Virus record (IMG/VR): IMGVR_UViG_3300029060_000343
Reading direction: 5' to 3' (one strand)
Origin: a virus
Length of the DNA stretch: 64,000 nt
Positions 28,238-38,289 of this stretch are shown here, in pieces. Positions within the stretch are counted from its first letter, which is position 1, and the number at the start of each line of letters is the position of its first letter. The position numbers and the translations under genes are program-made. Below the pieces are notes generated by a model. It had not been told where the DNA came from and did not search any database. It saw only the letters and a program-made list of their open reading frames with translations.

Positions 28238-28828
28238 TTAGCTGTGGATGAAGATAACTTTCTTCATTTTCCACAAGTTCAGTTTCCAAAGCGTCTGCGG
28301 GTGCGAATTAATGAAGGTATGGAATTTTTCAGTAACGAATTCCCTCATATGATCTTCCGTCATTGGAAATCCGTCAATATAATCTAAACTAACACAATTG
28401 CCGTCATAATAATACTGAAGTGTGATTCCGGCTCTGCTTACGTAAATTTTTGCTATGTAATTGGAAAATGAAGTTTTTCCGATTAGAATTTTCTCCGGAA
28501 GCGAAAATTTTTGGGACAGTTTGGAAATCTGCTTAAGCCCATGGAAGGCATCAATTACGAAATCGTAATTCTCATAATACATCTCGAAGTTATCCTTATA
28601 TGCCCTTCTTTTTTGGACATATTTTCCCATTTTGTCAAGTGTTTTGGTCTTAATTTCCAACATTTCTCCGTTTTCGAGATCCACCAGATGATACGCTGTC
28701 TTCTCTTTCCCGAAACTCATTTTCGTACGCTTGCAGATTATCATACGATCGGGTTTAATTCCACCTCTGTCCATCAGGAAGATTTCCCCGGGTTCGGGCG
28801 GTATGACTCTGAATGCTTTGTTTGACAT
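28238..28828 (-). CDS. hypothetical protein (196 aa)
   Basis: ORF track. Confidence 0.5.
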   Translation of the reverse strand: MSNKAFRVIPPEPGEIFLMDRGGIKPDRMIICKRTKMSFGKEKTAYHLVDLENGEMLEIKTKTLDKMGKYVQKRRAYKDNFEMYYENYDFVIDAFHGLKQISKLSQKFSLPEKILIGKTSFSNYIAKIYVSRAGITLQYYYDGNCVSLDYIDGFPMTEDHMREFVTEKFHTFINSHPQTLWKLNLWKMKKVIFIHS

Positions 28829-28852
28829 ATTTTTCTCCTTTATATGTTTTGA

Positions 28853-29077
28853 CTATCTTTGTGCCGGCCGGAAATCTTTGTCTCCGTATACTTTTGCATG
28901 TACTTTGCAGTATTCTTCGAAGAATAACTGATCAGAACACGGCGCTACTTCAGAATGTACCGTTTCGCGTATAAACGGATCCATCATTGCTTTTGCAAAT
29001 TCAAAGTCGATTTCCTTGCCGTAATTGTTGATTACCTTACCCAAAAAATATTTCTCCTTTTTTCGATTTTTCAACAC
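28853..29077 (-). CDS. hypothetical protein (74 aa)
   Basis: ORF track; motif at 29079-29093. Confidence 0.45.
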   Translation of the reverse strand: MLKNRKKEKYFLGKVINNYGKEIDFEFAKAMMDPFIRETVHSEVAPCSDQLFFEEYCKVHAKVYGDKDFRPAQR

Positions 29078-29118
29078 TATTATTATGATAAATTTTTAGC
29101 TCTTTATAAAAAACCGGA

Positions 29119-29790
29119 TCATTCCGGCTTTTCTTCCGCTATCTCTCTTAGCTGTATCGCTTCCTTTTGAATATCTATCGCATAAGAACTATACTCTCCT
29201 GCTTCGTATCTTTTTTTCGCCGTTTCGGCGGTCATATTATAGTACATAAGAGCTTCCGTCGTGTCCCGTTTACTCTCCAAAAGTTCTGCGAGATAATCAG
29301 CAGCCACAAGCAAATTCTGATATGGATCGTATAGATTATCGCAATCCAGCTTTTCCATTCTGTTTTTGTGGCAATGCTCATTTATCTGACAGAGCCCGAT
29401 ACAATTTCCATTGGAGACCGTTGGAATAAAAGCAGATTCTTTTTTCATTAACGCAAGCATAAGATACGGATCAATTTCATAATCCCTGCATATCTGTAAA
29501 AACTGCTTCTGCAATTTTTCATTAGCGAATAGATCCTTCGCTTCTTTCGGGAGTGATTCGAGAAGATGTTGAAATACCGCCAGCTCTTCTGCGTTTGTAT
29601 TTTCAAGAATTTTTATTTCAATAGGATCCGCCTGCGAATTCTCCCGGATTTCATTCTGATGGATAACGGTTTCTTTCTTTATTTCCAAAGCATTTATGGA
29701 ATGTGGGTTTACAGGAATCGGTGTAACCGGAGTCACAGACAAAATACCACACATGATTACTCCGATTCCTTCAGTTGCAAGGTTTAACAT
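29119..29790 (-). CDS. lytic transglycosylase (SLT domain) with N-terminal signal/TM
   Basis: KKESAF...GLCQIN resembles the SLT catalytic Glu and G(L/I)MQ(I/V) motif. Confidence 0.55.
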   Translation of the reverse strand: MLNLATEGIGVIMCGILSVTPVTPIPVNPHSINALEIKKETVIHQNEIRENSQADPIEIKILENTNAEELAVFQHLLESLPKEAKDLFANEKLQKQFLQICRDYEIDPYLMLALMKKESAFIPTVSNGNCIGLCQINEHCHKNRMEKLDCDNLYDPYQNLLVAADYLAELLESKRDTTEALMYYNMTAETAKKRYEAGEYSSYAIDIQKEAIQLREIAEEKPE

Positions 29791-29798
29791 ACTGAACT

Positions 29799-30422
29799 TT
29801 ATTCTCCTCTGTAATATAATGTGATTTCTGTCTGCGGATCTACTTCTGTGCCTGCTTCCGGAGACTGTCTTGTAATCATTCCCATCTCGAATTCATAAGG
29901 GTTTTCTCCGGATTCGTCCTTTAAAATACCTCCGATAGATAAATTATCTTCAATCACTTCGACAACGGCGTCATCGATCGTATATCCGAGATAACTGTTA
30001 ACGGTAACTGTATTCTTTTCTTCTATTTCTTCCTGTGGCAGTTCTGTGCTGCTTACAACGATAGTTACAGGAAGGAAAGTGTCTACTGTTTCTCCAGGAG
30101 CAATATCCTGTGACAATACCTCATAAGGGTGTTCTACATCTTCCTCCCAGACGATGTCGTAATATGTTACGCCGGCATTGGTTAATGTTTCTGTGGCTGC
30201 ATCAAGTACCATTCCGCATACATCCGGCATAATCACATCTTTTTCAACATATCCTTCTATTTTATCTTCGGACACATCGTTGCCGGAAACGTCGTTACCT
30301 GATACAGATGTTTCTGTGTTTCCTTCGGTGGCTGTCTTTTCATTTCTTATCACCACACCGCAAATGACGGCTGCGATAATTCCAATTCCAATCGCGCTAA
30401 CTACGATATTTTTTCTTGACAT
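29799..30422 (-). CDS. membrane-anchored protein with two PASTA-like domains
   Basis: N-terminal TM segment (IVVSAIGIGIIAAVICGVVI); two ~65-aa repeats with a PASTA-like pattern. Confidence 0.5.
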   Translation of the reverse strand: MSRKNIVVSAIGIGIIAAVICGVVIRNEKTATEGNTETSVSGNDVSGNDVSEDKIEGYVEKDVIMPDVCGMVLDAATETLTNAGVTYYDIVWEEDVEHPYEVLSQDIAPGETVDTFLPVTIVVSSTELPQEEIEEKNTVTVNSYLGYTIDDAVVEVIEDNLSIGGILKDESGENPYEFEMGMITRQSPEAGTEVDPQTEITLYYRGE

Positions 30423-31009
30423 ATTTGGATCTCCTTTTCTGTTAGCAGTTTTCTCTGTTTCAGAAGATCTACAACAATATCAACATACTTTTTTCGCAAA
30501 GATCCATTTGAAAGAATTTCTTCGATGACGGAAATATCCGTAACAGCTTCCTTATATGGCCGGGTGGATGTCAAAGCATCTAAAATATCGAGAACAGAAA
30601 GGAATTCGCAATACGCTGGTATTTCTCCGTCTTCGAAGTGTACAGGATATCCAGAGCCATCAATCTTTTCGTGATGTAAAAGTGCACACAGGACGACTTC
30701 TTTCGGATAATCCCGAAGCATATGAGCCCCCATTAAAGGATGCTTCTCCATATCCTTTTTTTCTTCCGGAGTATACTGGCTCGGTTTTGTTAGAATTTTT
30801 TCTGATATACCTATCTTTCCGATGTCATGCAGAAGACATCCTGTATAAAACACATTTCCGTCTATAGAGATGAGTTCGGGGTATTTTTCTGTGACCACTA
30901 TGCTGTTCTGTGCTACGCGAATGCTATGATCGTATGTTGTTTTGTCATAATTCTTTAACTGCCGAAGCAGATAAACTGTTTTTTCTTTCAATAAGGGAGT
31001 GATCATCAT
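30401..31009 (-). CDS. HD-GYP domain phosphohydrolase
   Basis: HDIGK and HHEKIDGSGYP motifs. Confidence 0.7.
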   Translation of the reverse strand: MMITPLLKEKTVYLLRQLKNYDKTTYDHSIRVAQNSIVVTEKYPELISIDGNVFYTGCLLHDIGKIGISEKILTKPSQYTPEEKKDMEKHPLMGAHMLRDYPKEVVLCALLHHEKIDGSGYPVHFEDGEIPAYCEFLSVLDILDALTSTRPYKEAVTDISVIEEILSNGSLRKKYVDIVVDLLKQRKLLTEKEIQICQEKIS

Positions 31010-31120
31010 TGTCCCCTTTCATAAAAAATACGGTAAAACAAAGGGGTAAGATGTAAACTCCTATATTCGTTCCATTATTATTATGAAAGATTATTTTTGA
31101 TAACGGGAAATTCTGCATAG

Positions 31121-31150
31121 AAATACCCGTGGAAGAATCCACGGGTATCT
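31121..31150 (-). terminator. intrinsic terminator after the flotillin-like gene
   Basis: ATACCCGTGGAAGAATCCACGGGTAT hairpin. Confidence 0.55.
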
Positions 31151-31153
31151 ATC

Positions 31154-32764
31154 CTATTCAGTTACTTCCGTATAATCTTTCAACGTTTCCGATGTTTCTA
31201 CGGGATCCTTTTTCTCTGTTGTTTCTCTGTTATTTTTCTTCTGCAGTGCTCCTGTAAGCAGTGATGTCGGATCAATACCAGTAGATTCTTTGATACCATC
31301 AGAAACCTGCGTTACGGTAGTCATAATATCACCCGCAAGCTGGCTGGTATTTCCACCAAACATCTTTATGGAATCTACGTTCGTATATCCCTTAGCCACA
31401 GCCTCTGCGATCTTAGGCAGCTGCTCGAAGTATACCTTCAAAGTATCCAGTTCCATCTGCTGTTTTGCAGCGTCACCATACTGTTTCATAGCTTCCGCCT
31501 TCTTTAAGATACCGGCTGCCTCTGCCTCTGCCTTTGCCTGAATTGCTTCTGCTTCTGCCTTACCTTTTGCTGCTACGGCTGCTGCCTCGGCAAGACCTGC
31601 TGCCTTAACTGCCTCTGCTGCCTGTTCCTTAGCGAATCTCTCTGCCTCGGACTTTGCTTTCTCAGCTTCTGCCTGTCTCTGGATCTCGAAGAGTTCTGCC
31701 TCTGCTCTCTTCTGTCTCTCATACTGCTCAGCATCTGCCTTCTGCTGTGCTGCGTATTTATTCGCTTCTGCAGTCTTCTTGACCTCAGCTTCCAGAGCTT
31801 TCTCCTTGATGGATACTTCTCTCTCCTTTAATTCCAGTTCCTTCTCCTGACGGGCCAGGTTCGCGTTCGCTGTAGTGATCTCCACGGTCTTACGCTGTTC
31901 CTCTTCTTGAATCTTATATGCTGCATCTGCCTCAGCCTTCTTAATATCAGACTCTTTCTTCAGTTCTGCTTTCTTAATAGCCAGTTCGGTCTGCTTCTGT
32001 GCAATCTCAGTATCCGCAATGACCTGTGCATCATTGGCATCCTTCTGTGCCTGTGCTCTTGCAATCGCCACATCTCTGTCTGCCTGTGCCTTTGCAACGG
32101 AAGCATCCTTCTGAATCTGAGACATGTTATCCTGTCCCAAAGCAGTGATCAGGTTGTTCTCATCCTCAATCTTCTGGATATTACAGGACTCGATCCAGAT
32201 ACCCAGGGCATTCATATCCTTCTGTGCCTTTGCCTGTACCTCGTCACCGAAGGTCTTACGGTCATTACACAGTTCCTTTAAACACTGGGTACCGATAATC
32301 TCACGCATATTACCCTGTAAGGAATCGGTCAGCGCATCGCGAATTCCCTGTTCTTTCATATTCAGGAAGTTCTTCATAGCAGCCTGTGCCATTTCATGAG
32401 TAACTCTCTTATTGGAATCTGCCCCGGGAAGTAACTGCCCATTTTTATCAATGGTAACATCCTTTTCTGTAAGGACTCTTACTTTTGCCACCGCATCGAT
32501 ATCTACACCAATGAAATCCTTAGTCGGAATATATCCATTTGTCTTAATGTCGATACTGATCTGCTTTAACATCAATTCATCCTTCTTTTCCAAGAAAGGA
32601 ATCTTAATACCTGCACGACCGATTAATACCTTCGGCTCCTTTTTGAGACCGGAAATAATGTATGCCTTATCGGGAGACGCTTTTACATACCCGGACATCA
32701 AAATTCCAATCATCGCTACCGCAATAACTACTGCTATAATAACTCCTACACTAACACCACTCAT
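31154..32764 (-). CDS. flotillin-like SPFH/band-7 protein
   Basis: N-terminal TM segment; SPFH core followed by a long Ala/Glu/Lys-rich coiled coil (EA repeats); start at the ATG after the AAAGGAGAAAA RBS. Confidence 0.7.
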   Translation of the reverse strand: MSGVSVGVIIAVVIAVAMIGILMSGYVKASPDKAYIISGLKKEPKVLIGRAGIKIPFLEKKDELMLKQISIDIKTNGYIPTKDFIGVDIDAVAKVRVLTEKDVTIDKNGQLLPGADSNKRVTHEMAQAAMKNFLNMKEQGIRDALTDSLQGNMREIIGTQCLKELCNDRKTFGDEVQAKAQKDMNALGIWIESCNIQKIEDENNLITALGQDNMSQIQKDASVAKAQADRDVAIARAQAQKDANDAQVIADTEIAQKQTELAIKKAELKKESDIKKAEADAAYKIQEEEQRKTVEITTANANLARQEKELELKEREVSIKEKALEAEVKKTAEANKYAAQQKADAEQYERQKRAEAELFEIQRQAEAEKAKSEAERFAKEQAAEAVKAAGLAEAAAVAAKGKAEAEAIQAKAEAEAAGILKKAEAMKQYGDAAKQQMELDTLKVYFEQLPKIAEAVAKGYTNVDSIKMFGGNTSQLAGDIMTTVTQVSDGIKESTGIDPTSLLTGALQKKNNRETTEKKDPVETSETLKDYTEVTE

Positions 32765-32825
32765 TTTAAATTTTCTCCTTTTATGTATTTTTGTGCTTCT
32801 TTTAGAATTGCATTTTTGTTTTGAT

Positions 32826-33012
32826 TCCTGACCGCTCTGCACAGTCTAAAAACTGGCAGGTTCCAGGTACATGACAGCATCACTTGACAATTCCTGCAAC
32901 AGATCCGCTTTCTGACCGTAAAAATCAGAAACCAGATTTTTTTATGCAGAACAGTGTTTGTTATAGCTGCCGTACCTTAACTGGAATTTCGTCGCAAACA
33001 CTCCGATGATCG
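32826..33012. repeat. solo copy (~185 bp, ~85% identical) of the right end of the 58.7-60.5 kb IS element (MITE-like remnant or standalone omega-RNA locus)
   Basis: Direct alignment of 32832-33010 with 58748-58930 (CTCTGCACAGTCTAAA(A/G)ACTGGCAGGTTCC...TTTTTTATGCA(G/A)AACAGTGTTTGTTATAGCTGCCGTACCT...). Confidence 0.6.
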
Positions 33013-33036
33013 AAATCGCTTTTCTTCTGAATCCAT

Positions 33037-33396
33037 CTACAATACCTTATAAATTATTATTGCATGTTGTAATGGATTTTCGATTTCGGCACCGCAATGT
33101 ACACAATTAACAAATTCCGGAATCTCCAACGCTGTTTTATAAATATTTCCTGTAAATCTTTGACATTCAGGACAATATATATTGAGATACTGTTCAACAA
33201 TATTATTATCAACACATATTTCCAAAATATCATATATAACTTTTAGATCCATCCCCAGTTCTCGATGAATTGCATCTGGATAAATCCACTCATTGGAATG
33301 GTACTGTTTCATAAATTCCATGAATGCATCTAAATCGATATTAAATTTCTTCTCCTTTAACAAAGGAGCCACGGTTTGAAAGATATTCGATTGCAC
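33037..33396 (-). CDS. hypothetical zinc-finger protein (CPECQ...CVHCG)
   Basis: ORF track; lies next to the solo IS right-end copy. Confidence 0.5.
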   Translation of the reverse strand: MQSNIFQTVAPLLKEKKFNIDLDAFMEFMKQYHSNEWIYPDAIHRELGMDLKVIYDILEICVDNNIVEQYLNIYCPECQRFTGNIYKTALEIPEFVNCVHCGAEIENPLQHAIIIYKVL

Positions 33397-33474
33397 TATT
33401 CATTCGCCCCATTTCTAAATCATTACATTTTTTCTATTTTCTTTCCCCATCAATATCCTGCCGGAGGAATCACA

Positions 33475-33678
33475 TCAAATTTCCACATGTGTTTGTTGTA
33501 AAAAAAAGAATGTGACGCTCATAAGGATGAGAAAAAATCCAAGCACCAACTGAATTGTGAAATCCGGGTCATGACAATGTTTTATTGCGTATACGATTTT
33601 CCAAGCTCCTATAATACAAATAATAGGAGCGGAAATATGAAATAAAGTTACCATAGAATATTCCTTCCTAATTTGCAA
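33475..33678 (-). CDS. small membrane protein (67 aa)
   Basis: ORF track; two hydrophobic segments. Confidence 0.4.
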   Translation of the reverse strand: MQIRKEYSMVTLFHISAPIICIIGAWKIVYAIKHCHDPDFTIQLVLGFFLILMSVTFFFLQQTHVEI

Positions 33679-33951
33679 ATAAATCTGCTACATTGGGTAC
33701 TTCTGAAGCATCAAAACTTTAAAACCATGTACTGTATTCTGCGTATTTTTCATTTTCTTTTCTCCTTTTATCTATATTGTTGATATTATTATGATAGAAA
33801 TGAATGTACGAATATTCTTTTTGTACGAAAAAGCTCCCCGGAGGGAGCTTAAAATCATTTTATGGTCAGGTCTTCGATACAGGTAAAGCCAATTTCATTT
33901 GTTGCTGAAAGTTTTAATCCGGTGGAATATTTCCATGGGATTTTGAGATCC

Positions 33952-34419
33952 CTATAAATTATTTTTTGCAGATTCCGGTAATCTGAGTATGACTTCAAAT
34001 TTAATTCCATTTAATACACCAAACATTTTATGTTCCCACTTAGGCTTTAATTTGAAATATTTTACAATCAACTGTCCGTTCTCCGCCACAGTAGAATATT
34101 CTATTTTGGTACTTTTAGAATTCACTTTTTCAATATGGGAAATTTCATCGTTATCCTTTACACATACAACATATTTTTCGGATGATGCATAATTGTCTGG
34201 ATATATTATTTCATAATAAGACTCATTATTTATAGTGGTTAAATCTTTTGTTTCTTCCTGTATATCATAAAATCCCGGAAATGAAGATATAAAAACCCCT
34301 ACAAACAAGGAAATAAAAGCTAATGGAATCCCTAGTAATAATAAATCTGCAGCTTTATTGTGTATTGCAAATATTATAACTATCATTAATAACCCAAGAT
34401 ATATTTTTACAAATAACAT
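33952..34419 (-). CDS. membrane protein (155 aa)
   Basis: ORF track; two N-terminal TM segments. Confidence 0.5.
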   Translation of the reverse strand: MLFVKIYLGLLMIVIIFAIHNKAADLLLLGIPLAFISLFVGVFISSFPGFYDIQEETKDLTTINNESYYEIIYPDNYASSEKYVVCVKDNDEISHIEKVNSKSTKIEYSTVAENGQLIVKYFKLKPKWEHKMFGVLNGIKFEVILRLPESAKNNL

Positions 34420-34582
34420 ATAATCCTCCTATTAATTCCTAGTAATTCGTCGGTTCCGGGGGGAATTTGTTCCGCTGTATATTTATCCGTTATATCCTCT
34501 TAGTTTCTGGAGACAGAATAATTCCTCTCGCATATAAATTTCCCTCCGTCATGTAAGAATCCAAGTAACATGTTTCTTTCCT

Positions 34583-35302
34583 TTAATTTACATGATCGAA
34601 ACTTAAGCTTTTTTCAAAAGCATATTTATGAAGAGTTATGATCATATCTTTCTCTAACTGTTCTTTCCAGTTATCCGCCTTCCAGTCCACATTTACCGGT
34701 GCGTCAATATAATCGAAAGATTCCCAATCGGTATCTTTATCTCCGTGTTTGACACAACAGAAATAGCTACAGACGGGTGTGTAATCTTCCCGTTTATTTT
34801 CATCCCGCGTACACTGCGCAACACTGTGGATGTTCAGTTCGATATCGAGGTATCCGCTTTCAAGTACCGCTGTGCCTATGATCGGATCGCAGTTTTCGAG
34901 CAGATCCGGCATCCAGTTCCTTCTAAGGCCATCGAGCGTATCAGTGGACTCAATGATGACGCAGCTGAACTTATAACCGGGCCTTTTCTTTGCTTCTTTT
35001 AACAGAATGCTGGCGGCGTATTCGCAACAATTGATCCAGTTTTCGTCTGCAAAGTCATTACAGATTTCAAGAGCTTCCTCTGTTTCGTAGATATGCCCTC
35101 CGGTGCCGAGATATGCACCCCAGTATTCGCCATTTTCAATACTTTTTAAAGCGAGTTCGGCAGCATGATCTTCTGAAACACAATAGTAACAAAGTGCGCC
35201 GTCTTCGTTGTATTGAAACATATATACCTCTTTTACGGGATTATATAATTCTCCGTTATTGCAAAGATAATGATACATCCCTTCTGCTGAATTAAATTTC
35301 AT
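34583..35302 (-). CDS. hypothetical protein (start revised to MKFNSAEGMY...)
   Basis: AAAGGAGAAAAAATAAG-ATG RBS. Confidence 0.5.
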   Translation of the reverse strand: MKFNSAEGMYHYLCNNGELYNPVKEVYMFQYNEDGALCYYCVSEDHAAELALKSIENGEYWGAYLGTGGHIYETEEALEICNDFADENWINCCEYAASILLKEAKKRPGYKFSCVIIESTDTLDGLRRNWMPDLLENCDPIIGTAVLESGYLDIELNIHSVAQCTRDENKREDYTPVCSYFCCVKHGDKDTDWESFDYIDAPVNVDWKADNWKEQLEKDMIITLHKYAFEKSLSFDHVN

Positions 35303-35318
35303 CTTATTTTTTCTCCTT

Positions 35319-35902
35319 TTAATATTTAATTTTGCATCCACATTTCGGGCAATATGCCGGCCGTATTTCATGATAATCGTCATTTGCAGCGAGTACTTCG
35401 TCACAATGAGGACATTTGATATAGTCGGCGTCATCGTCACCTTCATAGACGGCAGGCTCCGCTTTTCCTTTAGTCACACTATATCCTCTGCCAATCAATT
35501 CTTCAATTAAGGATCTATCGCTTGCGTCCATGATTGCGATCTCATCAGTGGATAATATACGCAGCTTTGAAGAATCTTTCTCGAGGGTATAACGGCCTTC
35601 GATACCTGTATCTCCTCCGTCACCGTAGAAATCTATCTGAACCTTGGCTCTAATTTTCAGATTATCGAGAATATCGATGGCTCTTTTCAACTGTTCCTCA
35701 ATGCAACCATCTACGCCAACGCTATAATAATCTTCCAGTTCGAGAAGTGCCTCATTTTTGAATGCGCGAATCATTTTTCTGGCTTCTAATACATCTTCTA
35801 CTAATCCGGATATTACTACGGCAAAAAGAAGATTGCCGATGTGATTTTTATGAACAGATATTGTTCCGTTGTTGTAAATCATAATTTTTTTCCTCCACTT
35901 GT
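35319..35902 (-). CDS. hypothetical protein (start revised to MIYNNGTIS...)
   Basis: GGAGGAAAAAAATT-ATG RBS; the ORF-track extension covers the motif and terminator; C-terminal CPHC...CPKCGC zinc ribbon. Confidence 0.5.
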
Positions 35903-35926
35903 CTTGGCTTTGTATTCTTATTATGA

Positions 35927-35943
35927 AAGAAAAAGCCTCCCGG
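35927..35943 (-). promoter_or_regulatory. conserved intergenic motif copy (CTTATTATGAAAGAAAA)
   Basis: Upstream of 35319..35902; preceded by terminator 35944-35970. Confidence 0.5.
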
Positions 35944-35970
35944 AAGATATCCGGAAGGCTTATAATTATT
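35944..35970 (-). terminator. intrinsic terminator
   Basis: AGCCTCCCGGAAGATATCCGGAAGGCT hairpin. Confidence 0.55.
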
Positions 35971-36097
35971 TCTTTATCTTCGCTTTCCATTCGACCATGG
36001 CATCATAAATAGGATCGTTGTCGTCAATAGAATTGATCATATTTGAGCGAAAACGGAAAATTTCTGCATAAGAAAAGCGCCATCAAGGCGCCGTTTC

Positions 36098-36523
36098 TTA
36101 TAATTCAATCAGCTGCTTCGCACACCAGCTCTGCATCATAGCTTTATAAGCATTCTCGTGATGTTTCGGTTTTCTCCAGACATTTTCTCTGTGTGTGCCG
36201 CCGTCGTATCTGTTCGGAACATTGATCCAGCCTCTGTGACCAAAACTCTTACCGAATCTCTCTGCTTCCAGAAGTGTTTCTGCTGTAATTTCATGAAGCA
36301 TGTTTTCATTACAACGACATCCATCTCCAAATTCGCGGGAAGGCTCATAATGATATACGATATTGAGTCCGTCTGATTCAAAATCGATCGACATCCAGGA
36401 ATTGTTCGGGGTAATTATATACAACCATTCCGACATTTCGCTTTGAAACAAAAATGATCTGAATCCTTCCGGTTTAATTTCTGCCGCCAGTTCTCTGTAA
36501 AAATTAATCTCTTCATTCATCAT
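36098..36523 (-). CDS. hypothetical protein (start revised to MMNEEINFY...)
   Basis: CGGAGGAAGAGTATTTTT-ATG RBS. Confidence 0.5.
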   Translation of the reverse strand: MMNEEINFYRELAAEIKPEGFRSFLFQSEMSEWLYIITPNNSWMSIDFESDGLNIVYHYEPSREFGDGCRCNENMLHEITAETLLEAERFGKSFGHRGWINVPNRYDGGTHRENVWRKPKHHENAYKAMMQSWCAKQLIEL

Positions 36524-36607
36524 AAAAATACTCTTCCTCCGTTTTTCTTTGATGCAATTAATATGAAAGAAAACAGTGAGGAAAAACAGCCGCAAGGGCT
36601 GCTTCTC

Positions 36608-36868
36608 TTATAATTTTTCATATAAAATTTTCTGGTCTTCTTCCGGAAGTGCTTCGTGATCTACTTGTTTTTCAGCATCTGAGTCTGTGCCGTTGCAGCC
36701 GTAATCGCAGAATTTGTAATTGCAACTTTCACACATACTGCACGGAGCGAGCGGCTTACCGCAAAGACATCTTGTGATACCTTTTGCGTAGATCACCTGC
36801 TCTTTTCCGCACCATGGGCAGATCTCAATCGTGAAGTCCTTCGGATTATATTTCATTTTCTTTGCCAT
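36608..36868 (-). CDS. zinc-ribbon protein (86 aa)
   Basis: CPWCG...CLCGKPLAPCSMCESCNYKFCDYGC; has its own extended -10 promoter (TGGTATAAT). Confidence 0.55.
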   Translation of the reverse strand: MAKKMKYNPKDFTIEICPWCGKEQVIYAKGITRCLCGKPLAPCSMCESCNYKFCDYGCNGTDSDAEKQVDHEALPEEDQKILYEKL

Positions 36869-36911
36869 CTAGTGATTCTCTCCCTGTGATTATTTTGCAA
36901 CCTCTGCCGTG

Positions 36912-36920
36912 ATTATACCA
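36912..36920 (-). promoter_or_regulatory. extended -10 element (TGGTATAAT) upstream of zinc-ribbon gene 36608..36868
   Basis: Reverse complement of ATTATACCA. Confidence 0.4.
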
Positions 36921-37082
36921 ATACAGGGTTTCATAGAATAAATTGTGTCTTTAACATCTTTTATGTCTTTGAGTTCGACACATGTAGCTAGCTTCTTGTC
37001 TGCGACAACCTCGACAAAAGTTTTGGCGAAACGCAAATATCCTTTTCTTGTTTTTAAATATACTTTTATGTTTTTCTCTCCT

Positions 37083-37916
37083 TTAATTTACATAAACATA
37101 CCACCAGCCGGTATGTTCGGTTTCTTCTCCATTTCTTTTATCTTCCTCAGGATCGTAATATCCGGTATTTACGGATATTTCTTCTCCCTGCGATCTGTAG
37201 AAGGCTTCAATGAGGTCGGCTACAACATTAGCTGTTTCTTCTGTTGCCACAAGAATCTGTCCGTCGTCATCGCACCAGATAGCGTCGCTTTCGTTTCCAG
37301 CAAGCATATCTGCAATGGCCACGATCCAGTTTGTTTTCGGCTTTTGAGGGAGGCTACCACTGTAATCCGCAGAAATAAATTCCTGTGCCTCTTCCGCCGT
37401 CATCAGATCCGCCATCATATTAATTTTACTGATATTACGTTTGCAGGTCTGAATAGCTTCTTTGCCGTTGCATTCTGACACTTTATTCCAGTCAGAACCG
37501 ATATCCCACTCCATATACTCTACTGATGATAACGGCGTATCGCTTTCCGAGGTAAGAAACGCATACTTAATGTTATCGGCATTATCGATATCGATCAGTA
37601 ATCTTCCATCGTTATTATCCTGACAATAGAACAGAACATCGTTAAGAGAATCCTCTGGGCAATATAATTCCTGATACTCTTTCAAAATATCGCTGCTGAT
37701 CACGCAGTCGCCCATATCGAAATTCGTATCGAGAATTCTTGGAATTTTTTCAGCGCAAGCTGAAATATATTTATTATTTTCTTTCAACCATTCCATTGTA
37801 TGCCTTGCTCGACTGATCATGCGCTCTCCGTAATTCCAGCCATAATATCTTGCCACCAATTTGCGGGTTCCGTCTGTTTCCTGATAGCGTACAAAAATCT
37901 GCGATCTCTGTCCCAT
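37083..37916 (-). CDS. hypothetical protein (start revised to MGQRSQIFVRY...)
   Basis: GGAGGAAAATATT-ATG RBS. Confidence 0.5.
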   Translation of the reverse strand: MGQRSQIFVRYQETDGTRKLVARYYGWNYGERMISRARHTMEWLKENNKYISACAEKIPRILDTNFDMGDCVISSDILKEYQELYCPEDSLNDVLFYCQDNNDGRLLIDIDNADNIKYAFLTSESDTPLSSVEYMEWDIGSDWNKVSECNGKEAIQTCKRNISKINMMADLMTAEEAQEFISADYSGSLPQKPKTNWIVAIADMLAGNESDAIWCDDDGQILVATEETANVVADLIEAFYRSQGEEISVNTGYYDPEEDKRNGEETEHTGWWYVYVN

Positions 37917-37965
37917 AATATTTTCCTCCATTTATCTATTTTGATATATTTAATATGAAAGAAAA

Positions 37966-37992
37966 AGCCTTCCGGAAGTTATCCGGAAGGTT
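37966..37992 (-). terminator. intrinsic terminator
   Basis: AGCCTTCCGGAAGTTATCCGGAAGGTT hairpin. Confidence 0.55.
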
Positions 37993-38015
37993 TGGAATAT
38001 TATTATAAATATTAA

Positions 38016-38106
38016 CGCCGTGGCGGGGAGTCGAACCCCGAAACCGGATTTTACTCCGAGATGGTGGATTAGCAATCCACTGCTGTACCATTTGAGCCAC
38101 CACGGC
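38016..38106 (-). tRNA. tRNA-Ser(GCU), class II
   Basis: Cloverleaf by eye: T-arm GGGGUUCGACUCCCC; anticodon loop UUGCUAA; long variable arm. Confidence 0.7.
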
Positions 38107-38119
38107 AAGAAATATAAAC

Positions 38120-38190
38120 GGCCCATTGCGGATTCGAACCGCAGTCCCTGGGGTCAAGGCCCAGTGCATTGACCGCTATGCTAATGGGCT
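38120..38190 (-). tRNA. tRNA-Gln(UUG) (anticodon loop CCUUGAC, atypical C33)
   Basis: T-arm GCGGUUCGAAUCCGC; anticodon stem CUGGG/CCCAG. Confidence 0.5.
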
Positions 38191-38197
38191 AAAAAAC

Positions 38198-38287
38198 GCC
38201 AGTGACAGGACTCGAACCTGTACGTCGACATAAATGCCGGCTTGCCTGTGTTCGAAGCAGGTGCTGTACCACTTGAGCCACACTGGC
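38198..38287 (-). tRNA. tRNA-Ser(CGA), class II
   Basis: T-arm CAGGUUCGAGUCCUG; loop UUCGAAC; long variable arm. Confidence 0.65.
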
Positions 38288-38289
38288 AG

